Source: an uncultured virus (IMG/VR IMGVR_UViG_3300021599_002318) (Duplodnaviria; Heunggongvirae; Uroviricota; Caudoviricetes). Taken from it: a stretch of DNA of 64,000 nucleotides. The DNA is taken from the IMG/VR virus record IMGVR_UViG_3300021599_002318, positions 1 through 64,000 of that record, one strand, 5' to 3'. The notes under the pieces are model-generated. The model saw only the letters and a program-made list of their open reading frames with translations, had not been told where the DNA came from and made no database searches. The position numbers were made by a program, and so were the translations under genes. This document shows, piece by piece, positions 1 to 7,227 of the stretch (positions within the stretch are counted from its first letter, which is position 1; the number at the start of each line of letters is the position of its first letter).

Positions 1-69
1 ATTTTCAGTGATATTTTTGTTCTGAATAAGATTTATTAAAAAAGAAAATAAAATTGAGCGAGTTCTCAG

Positions 70-77
70 TATTTATA
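70..77 (+). promoter_or_regulatory. TATTTATA putative late promoter
   Basis: Recurring motif, 13 nt before the ATG at 91. Confidence 0.55.
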
Positions 78-90
78 TAAAAAAAGTAAA

Positions 91-2109
91 ATGGCTTGTA
101 GTAAATATATTTTAACAAACACAGGTTCCACAATAGCAACTTTCAACTATAGAAGATGCGAAGATTCAATGTGGGATTACCAAGTAGAATTAGAACCAAA
201 TCAGGTAAAAAACATTTGGTTGATAGATGGAACATATTCCACGGCGAATACAACAATCGTTCTCCAAAATATGGGTGCGTTCCCACCAACTGGACCCACA
301 CCTACTCCGACATCTAGTCCGACTCAAACACCTTCGAACACTGCAACGCCTACAACAACACCAACCAATACTCAGACACCAACTGCGTCAGAAACACCGA
401 CAAATACTCCAACGTTCACACAGACTCCGACTAACACGGAAACTCCAACGCAAACTCCAACACCTACAAACGTTGAGAGAACTGCTATTGTGAGATGTCA
501 CGATGAGACGGATATATTACTAACTTGTGATTGTGTTCAAACAGCAAACATATTTGTAAATGGAACAAGTTTGGCGGATTCAACATTAGTTTGGTCAGAT
601 GCTACAGGTCCAAATACAGGTAATCCGGAAGGTTATTATACTGAAGATGGTATTATTTACATAGTTGCTTCTGGTTGTGGACCAGGTTGTATTACGGGAG
701 CTACAATTACAGTTGATGGAAATTGTGGTCCAACACCAACTCCTACTTCAAGTCAAACACCTACACCAACTCCAACTAACACAGAAACACCAACTCAAAC
801 TCCAACACCTACACCGACACCAGTAAGATTTGAGTTTTCAGTAGGTTCAGGTTCAACTGAGAATGAAGCATGTTCTTCAGGAATAGTTGGAAATATTTGG
901 GGTAATGCGGTTCTTTTCGATAACTGCACACAATTCTATCCTGAAAGTTTTGGTCCGTCAACAATGTTGGCAGGTTTTTATAACAGTTCAAATATTGTAA
1001 CAGAAATAGATTCGAATGGTGCTCAAGTGGGTGCATTCAGTTCTTGTTTGGTTGTTCCAACACCAACAGCAACTGTAACCGCATCTCCAACTGAAACACC
1101 AACACCGACTCCAACTACAACACCAACAGCAACATTTGGATACTATACATATAATTTAGGTTCAGGTTCAACTCCGAATGAAGCTTGTTTGGGTTCAACT
1201 AATCCTGTCTACGGAACTGTAGCGGGTGGAGTAGGTCCAAACGTTGGTGAGTCACTTTATCAAAATACAGCTCTGACAGTTCCTGTTATTGATGGTTATT
1301 ATTCTAATGGGATTGCTTGGTTTATTGTTAGCGGTGGAGCAGGATTGATTACAAGTTCCGACCCTAACGGATGTTCGAACTTACCGACACCGACACCTAC
1401 AGTGACTTCAACATCTACACCAATATCATCACCAACACCAACAACAACTCAAACACCAACCAACACAGAAACTCCAACTCAAACACCAACCAACACAGAA
1501 ACTCCAACTCAAACACCATCTCAAACTGCAACATACACACCAACACCTACTGAAACACCAGGAACTTTCGCATTAATTGGTGCAACTAAATTTTCAACAG
1601 TGTCTGGATTGGACGCTTGTTCAGGAGGAACTTCGACAACTTCTTATTACTATAATCAACCGTCATATCCGAATGATATCATATTTAGTGGGGCATCTTT
1701 CTCAGATATTTATCCATCAGGATGGCTTAACTTACTTGGCGGTGGCGGATGGGAATTAACTAACGGTGAAATAACAGGAACTCTTATTTGTCCCGAAATC
1801 ATAGCGGTTAACGAATCAACAGGTGGAGCGGAAATTATAGATTTTGTTGATGATGGTGGAAGTATAACACTTACCAATCTATCAGGAGCTTTACCTGTAA
1901 CATCAGGTCAAACTTTTACAGCACTACACGGTCTAACATTCGGTAATCCAAGAGCTTCTATAACAGGAACTCCTGTTAATTTTATAGTTGAACTTAATGG
2001 GTCGTTCTTATATTCAGGGTCAACAATCCCACCATCAATGATTGGATTAACTAGTGGTGGAGTTCCTTTACAAGATACAGATGTAGCAAAAATCACACTT
2101 ACAGATTAA
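91..2109 (+). CDS. Mucin-like Thr/Pro-rich modular protein (putative virion surface or fibre protein)
   Basis: 672 aa ORF. Four long PT/TPT linkers separate Cys-containing ~70-90 aa modules (GSGSTENEAC / GSGSTPNEAC). No obvious signal peptide. TATTTATA upstream. Confidence 0.65.
   Translation: MACSKYILTNTGSTIATFNYRRCEDSMWDYQVELEPNQVKNIWLIDGTYSTANTTIVLQNMGAFPPTGPTPTPTSSPTQTPSNTATPTTTPTNTQTPTASETPTNTPTFTQTPTNTETPTQTPTPTNVERTAIVRCHDETDILLTCDCVQTANIFVNGTSLADSTLVWSDATGPNTGNPEGYYTEDGIIYIVASGCGPGCITGATITVDGNCGPTPTPTSSQTPTPTPTNTETPTQTPTPTPTPVRFEFSVGSGSTENEACSSGIVGNIWGNAVLFDNCTQFYPESFGPSTMLAGFYNSSNIVTEIDSNGAQVGAFSSCLVVPTPTATVTASPTETPTPTPTTTPTATFGYYTYNLGSGSTPNEACLGSTNPVYGTVAGGVGPNVGESLYQNTALTVPVIDGYYSNGIAWFIVSGGAGLITSSDPNGCSNLPTPTPTVTSTSTPISSPTPTTTQTPTNTETPTQTPTNTETPTQTPSQTATYTPTPTETPGTFALIGATKFSTVSGLDACSGGTSTTSYYYNQPSYPNDIIFSGASFSDIYPSGWLNLLGGGGWELTNGEITGTLICPEIIAVNESTGGAEIIDFVDDGGSITLTNLSGALPVTSGQTFTALHGLTFGNPRASITGTPVNFIVELNGSFLYSGSTIPPSMIGLTSGGVPLQDTDVAKITLTD
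1445..1518 (+). repeat. Perfect 30-bp tandem repeat (~2.5 copies) encoding TQTPTNTETP
   Basis: caactcaaacaccaaccaacacagaaactc repeated with period 30. Confidence 0.9.
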
Positions 2110-2128
2110 ATTTAAAAATAATAAAGAT

Positions 2129-2158
2129 AAAACCCTCTACTTTCGTGGAGGGTTTTTT
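2129..2158 (+). terminator. Rho-independent terminator
   Basis: aaaaccctctac-tttc-gtggagggtttttt hairpin with T-tract, after the stop at 2109. Confidence 0.8.
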
Positions 2159-2179
2159 ATTTTTAGACAAAAAGATAAT

Positions 2180-3454
2180 ATGTCTAACAGTAAAATTTTT
2201 ATTCAAATCGCATCATACAGGGACCCACAGTTAGTTCCAACACTCAAAGATATGATTGCAAACGCTAAAAAACCAAAGAACTTGGTTTTCTCAATCGCAA
2301 GACAATTTAGTGAAACAGATGGATTTGACAACTTAGATGAGTTTAGAGAAGATAAAAGATTCAAGATTTTAGATATACCTTATCAAGAATCTAGAGGCGT
2401 TTGTTGGGCAAGAAACTTAACCCAACAACTTTACGATGGTGAAGGATACACAATGCAAATTGATTCCCACATGAGATTTGTAAAGGATTGGGATGAAATA
2501 TTAATAAAAATGATTAAGGGTCTACAAAAGGATGGGTATGAAAAACCTCTACTTACGGGTTATGTGCCCTCCTTTGACCCTGAAAATGACCCAGCGGGAA
2601 GGGCACAAGATGCTTGGAGAATGGCATTTGATAGATTCATTCCTGAGGGTGCTGTGTTTTTTCTCCCTGAAACAATTCCTGGTTGGAGAGAGATGACAAA
2701 ACCCGTAACAGCGAGATTTTATTCTGCACATTTTTGTTTTACTTTGGGTCAGTTTTCTCTAGAAGTCCAACACAATCCTGAATATTACTTCCACGGAGAA
2801 GAAATCTCAATTGCAGCTAGAGCTTACACATGGGGTTATGATTTATTTCACCCTCACATTCCTGTTGTCTATCATGAATACACACGTAAGGGTAGGACAA
2901 AACAATGGGATGATGACAAAACTTGGGGTGAGAAAAACAAAGTATCCCATTTGACCAACAGAAAACTTTTTGGTATGGATGGTGAAACCCAAGAGGGTCA
3001 TGATGGACCTTATGGTTTTGGTCCTGTGAGAACTTTAAGAGAATATGAGAAGTATGCTGGTATTTTATTTGAAAAGAGAGCTGTTCAAAAATATACACTC
3101 GATAAGAATTATCCTCCAAACCCATATAACTATTCATCAGAGGAAGATTGGAAAAATGATTTTGCTAAGGTATTCAAACATTGTATAGATATTGGATACT
3201 CACAGGTTCCTGAAACGGATTATGATTTTTGGGTTGTGGCTTTCCACGGACCTAACGACGAAACTTTATTCAGAAAGGACTCCGACAAAAATGAAATTGC
3301 TGGTTATATGAGAGACCCTGACAAATATTGTAAGATTTGGAGAGAATTTCAAACGGACGTTACTCCCACATATTGGGTTGTTTGGCCTCACTCGGTATCA
3401 AAAGGATGGTGTGATAGAATCACTGGACAATTAAATCATAATGTTGTAAGCTAA
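2180..3454 (+). CDS. GT60-like GlcNAc transferase (Skp1-hydroxyproline / polypeptide GlcNAc-T family)
   Basis: IFIQIASYRDPQL, RGVCWARN, MQIDSHMRF (DSH motif), FHGEE and VVYHEYTR are characteristic of this family. Confidence 0.8.
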   Translation: MSNSKIFIQIASYRDPQLVPTLKDMIANAKKPKNLVFSIARQFSETDGFDNLDEFREDKRFKILDIPYQESRGVCWARNLTQQLYDGEGYTMQIDSHMRFVKDWDEILIKMIKGLQKDGYEKPLLTGYVPSFDPENDPAGRAQDAWRMAFDRFIPEGAVFFLPETIPGWREMTKPVTARFYSAHFCFTLGQFSLEVQHNPEYYFHGEEISIAARAYTWGYDLFHPHIPVVYHEYTRKGRTKQWDDDKTWGEKNKVSHLTNRKLFGMDGETQEGHDGPYGFGPVRTLREYEKYAGILFEKRAVQKYTLDKNYPPNPYNYSSEEDWKNDFAKVFKHCIDIGYSQVPETDYDFWVVAFHGPNDETLFRKDSDKNEIAGYMRDPDKYCKIWREFQTDVTPTYWVVWPHSVSKGWCDRITGQLNHNVVS

Positions 3455-4197
3455 TGATTTTCAAAGACATACCAAAATTTGTTATAAATTTGGAAAGTAG
3501 ACCTGACAGACTTGAAGATATAAAGTTCGAGATGAATTACATCGGTTGGGATTACGATTTGTTTAAGGCTGTTCCACGTAACGATTATATGGGTTGTGCT
3601 CTTTCTCATTTGTCAATAATTGAAATGGCTAAAGAAAGAGGTTACAAGAGAGTAATGGTGATAGAAGATGATTGTGTATTTATGCCTTATGCAAAAAATT
3701 TCATTGAGGATTTGGAGAGAAATATAAATGGAATTGATTTTGGTGTATTGAATCTTTCTCCAACACTCAATCGTCCAATGAACGTCAGTGAAAAATACAG
3801 TATGCTTTTGGATTTGACAAACTTACCTCCAAAACCACATGAAAGATTGACCGAAACTTTCGCAACAAATATTCTGATATACGATGAATCATCTTTCGAA
3901 AAAATAGAAAAAATTAAAGATAAGTGTTTTTATAGTGGTGATTTTATCATTCCTATTGATGAACAATTGGTAAAACATGTGTATCCTTCAATTCAATCAT
4001 ATGCACCAATCTTACCAATTGCCCCTCAGAAAAATTCTTATTCTGATGTGTCGCAGGGAATGTATAACAATTTCTACGCCCAAACATACAATTGGAATGT
4101 CTATTCACCAATCAAGATTAATCACAGATTTTTGAATGAATCAGAAAATAAAAAAATGAAAACAGAAAAAAAATATTTACCTTATAATGTCAACTAA
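3454..4197 (+). CDS. GT25-family glycosyltransferase
   Basis: FVINLESRPDRL, GCALSH, VMVIEDD, IPIDE. Overlaps the upstream stop (TAATG). Confidence 0.8.
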   Translation: MIFKDIPKFVINLESRPDRLEDIKFEMNYIGWDYDLFKAVPRNDYMGCALSHLSIIEMAKERGYKRVMVIEDDCVFMPYAKNFIEDLERNINGIDFGVLNLSPTLNRPMNVSEKYSMLLDLTNLPPKPHERLTETFATNILIYDESSFEKIEKIKDKCFYSGDFIIPIDEQLVKHVYPSIQSYAPILPIAPQKNSYSDVSQGMYNNFYAQTYNWNVYSPIKINHRFLNESENKKMKTEKKYLPYNVN

Positions 4198-5071
4198 GTT
4201 TATAACCGCAATTTATAGTGACCTTTATGGAACTGAATTTGGTGGTAGACCTAACAGAGGTGCCCACTATAGATATAGTTTATTGTCATTATTGAAGATG
4301 ACCGATGCGGATTTTTTATGTTATACCTCGGATAGAGAAATAGATTCCCTAAAGAAATTTTTCTATGAAGAAAACAATATACCAGAATCCAAGTTGAAAT
4401 TTACAACATACGATATTTCAAATTCCAAGTTTAAACATTTAATTGATTCGAGAAAAAATGTCGATGAGATTAAAAGAGGGGATAGATGTATCGAAATACA
4501 ATATTCTAAATTTTCATGGTGGTGGAATGAGGATAAATCCTACGATAACTATTATTGGATAGACGCGGGATTATCCCATTGTGGTTTAATACCTCTCAAG
4601 TATTTGACTGAAACAAAACATGCCTTAAGAAGATTTTATGAAAGCAATTTGTTTGATAATGATTTTTTGAAAAATTTGATAGAAGACACTAAAGACAAAT
4701 TTTTAATTTTAGGAAAAGAAAATGAAAGAAACTATTGGTCAGGAACTGTAAGTCCAAGATGGTATAAAAATTATGATAGAAGTATTCATATCATAGGAGG
4801 ATTGTTTGGTGGTCACAGGGACAAGTGGGATAATATAGTCAATATATTCGAAAACTATGTCCAAGAAGTTTTATCTAACGATGAGGGTTTACCTCATGAA
4901 GAACAAATAATGACTCTTATGTATTTCAATCATATTGAGTTATTTGAGAGAAAACATTTTGATATTTGGTGGTGCAGGGATAATGCACCTCAAGGTGTAA
5001 CAGATGAGTTATTTCAGAAAAATAAAAGTTTCTATAAAATATTAGAAGAATTTAAAAGAATTTATGAGTAA
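4187..5071 (+). CDS. HtrL/WlaTC(YibB)-like glycosyltransferase
   Basis: FITAIY, YYWIDAGLSH, IIGGLFGG, HEEQIM motifs. Confidence 0.6.
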   Translation: MSTKFITAIYSDLYGTEFGGRPNRGAHYRYSLLSLLKMTDADFLCYTSDREIDSLKKFFYEENNIPESKLKFTTYDISNSKFKHLIDSRKNVDEIKRGDRCIEIQYSKFSWWWNEDKSYDNYYWIDAGLSHCGLIPLKYLTETKHALRRFYESNLFDNDFLKNLIEDTKDKFLILGKENERNYWSGTVSPRWYKNYDRSIHIIGGLFGGHRDKWDNIVNIFENYVQEVLSNDEGLPHEEQIMTLMYFNHIELFERKHFDIWWCRDNAPQGVTDELFQKNKSFYKILEEFKRIYE

Positions 5072-6737
5072 TATAACACTTGTAACAGGAATTTGGGACA
5101 TCGGAAGAGGTGATTTAAGTGAAGGTTGGTCAAGACCTTTTCAACATTATTTGGATAAATTTGAAAAACTATTGGATGTCAATACCAATATGATTATCTA
5201 TGGTGATAAAAGTTTAGAGGAATTTGTTTTTTCAAAAAGGGATAAGTCAAATACACAATTTATTGTAAGAGACATGTCTTGGTTCAGGAATAATGAATTT
5301 TTTGATAAAATCCAAAACATAAGAAATAACCCTGAGTGGTATAATCAAGTTGGTTGGTTAAAAGATTCAACTCAATCGAGATTGGAAAACTATAACCCGT
5401 TGGTTATGTCAAAAGTTTATCTTTTGAATGATGCAAAAATAATGGATAGGTTTGATTCAGAATATCTGTTTTGGATTGACGGTGGGTTGACAAATACTGT
5501 GCATCCTGGTTACTTTACACACGACAAGGTTTTGGATAAATTAGTAAAATATATCTCCAAATTCAGTTTCGTTTGTTTTCCTTATGAAGCTAATACAGAA
5601 GTCCACGGGTTCAATTTCGATAAGATGAACTCTATGGCAGGTGCTAAAGTTGAGAGGGTTGCTAGAGGTGGGTTCTTCGGTGGACCAAAACACTCAATAT
5701 CAGAAATCAATTCAATATATTATTCTCTGATGAAAGAAACCTTGGATTCGGGATATATGGGAACTGAAGAATCTTTATTCAGCATAATGTGTTATAGACA
5801 CTCCGAGTTAATAAATTATTTTGAAATAGAATCAAATGGTTTGTTAGGTAAATTTTTTGAGGATTTGAAGAACGATGATTTGAAAGTAAAAACAGAATCA
5901 GTTCATAGACAAGTTTCAAATTTGGATATTAACAAAGTTGGTCTATATGTTATAACTTTCAATAGTCCAAACCAATTCAAAACGTTGATTAATTCAATGT
6001 TAATGTATGATAAAGAATTCATACTTAAAACAAAAAAATTCTTACTTGATAACTCAAGTGATTTGTCAACAACAGAAGAGTATAAACAACTTTGTGATGA
6101 ATATAATTTTGAACATATCAAAAAAGATAACTTGGGTATTTGTGGAGGAAGGCAGTGGATTGCAGAACATTTTGAAGAAACAGATTTGGATTATTATTTG
6201 TTTTTTGAAGATGACATGTTTTTTTATCCGAATGAAGGTTCGAAATGTAAAAACGGTTTTTCAAGATACGAACCAAATCTATTTTCAATCTCGATGCAAA
6301 TAATGCAAAAGGAAAACTTTGATTTCTTAAAATTGAATTATTCTGAATTCTACGGAGATAACGGGACTCAATGGTCTTGGTATAATGTTCCTCAAGATGT
6401 TAGGTCAAAGTATTGGCCCTTAAATCCAAGATTACCACAAATAGGATTGGACCCGAATGCGCCAAAGACAGAGTTCAAAAAAGTTCTTTCACACAGAAAA
6501 GTTCCATATGCGACAGGCGACATATATTATTGTAACTGGCCTCAAATTATTTCAAGACCAGGTAACAAAAAAATGTTTTTGGATGTTACTTGGGCACATC
6601 CATTTGAACAAACGTGGATGAGTCATATGTATCAACTGACAAAAGAAGAAAAATTAAATCCTGGTTTACTTCTAATGACACCAACTGAACACGACCGTTT
6701 CGAACATTACAACAGAGAGTTACGTAAAGAGTCCTAA
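5064..6737 (+). CDS. Two-domain glycosyltransferase: HtrL-like N-terminus plus GT-A/GT2-like C-terminus
   Basis: N-terminal TLVTGIWDIGR, FWIDGG, GGFFGG, GTEE. C-terminal LYVITFN, LDNSSD, NLGICGGR, FFEDDM. Confidence 0.65.
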   Translation: MSNITLVTGIWDIGRGDLSEGWSRPFQHYLDKFEKLLDVNTNMIIYGDKSLEEFVFSKRDKSNTQFIVRDMSWFRNNEFFDKIQNIRNNPEWYNQVGWLKDSTQSRLENYNPLVMSKVYLLNDAKIMDRFDSEYLFWIDGGLTNTVHPGYFTHDKVLDKLVKYISKFSFVCFPYEANTEVHGFNFDKMNSMAGAKVERVARGGFFGGPKHSISEINSIYYSLMKETLDSGYMGTEESLFSIMCYRHSELINYFEIESNGLLGKFFEDLKNDDLKVKTESVHRQVSNLDINKVGLYVITFNSPNQFKTLINSMLMYDKEFILKTKKFLLDNSSDLSTTEEYKQLCDEYNFEHIKKDNLGICGGRQWIAEHFEETDLDYYLFFEDDMFFYPNEGSKCKNGFSRYEPNLFSISMQIMQKENFDFLKLNYSEFYGDNGTQWSWYNVPQDVRSKYWPLNPRLPQIGLDPNAPKTEFKKVLSHRKVPYATGDIYYCNWPQIISRPGNKKMFLDVTWAHPFEQTWMSHMYQLTKEEKLNPGLLLMTPTEHDRFEHYNRELRKES

Positions 6738-6753
6738 CAATATATTTATTGTT

Positions 6754-7131
6754 ATGGAATTTTATATCAAACAAAATGCTACGTTACCAGTTTTGAAAAT
6801 GCAAGTCGTAAAAGACGGTAGAGCGGGGTATATTCAGTTTATGGAAGCGTTGGAGGTTTCCACAATATATTTCACTATGATAGATTATGAGACTGGGATT
6901 CCAAAAATAGTTTCAGCCCCATGTGAAATAGTTAATCTCATTTTGGACCCTGGTGCTCCTGCAGAATACTACATTTATTTCAAATTTACTTCGAGAGATA
7001 CTGATACGCCAGGAAGATACGAAGGACAATTCTTAATCAAAAATGATGAAGGAAATTTAATTCTTCCAATCAGAGAACAACTTTATATTAATATTCAACC
7101 AAGTTTCATTTCCGAAACTGCGTGTTGTTGA
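6754..7131 (+). CDS. Small Ig-like (BppU N-terminal-like) putative structural protein
   Basis: FYIKQNATLP...DTDTPGRYEGQF pattern. TATTTAT ends 4 nt upstream. Confidence 0.45.
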   Translation: MEFYIKQNATLPVLKMQVVKDGRAGYIQFMEALEVSTIYFTMIDYETGIPKIVSAPCEIVNLILDPGAPAEYYIYFKFTSRDTDTPGRYEGQFLIKNDEGNLILPIREQLYINIQPSFISETACC

Positions 7132-7227
7132 TTTGATTAAGACTTAATTTTTTTTATATTTATTATTGAATGAGTAAGGTGAATTTCACGATAGTGTGAA
7201 AGCCAATAAACCACTCGTCTTAATCAT

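Noticed and set aside
835..1190. Diversity-generating retroelement TR/VR pair
   Set aside because: The similarity is short, both copies are in-frame domain duplicates, differences are not adenine-specific, and there is no reverse transcriptase in the window
1445..1518. Direct repeats as a CRISPR array
   Set aside because: In-frame tandem coding repeats with no unique spacers; no cas genes
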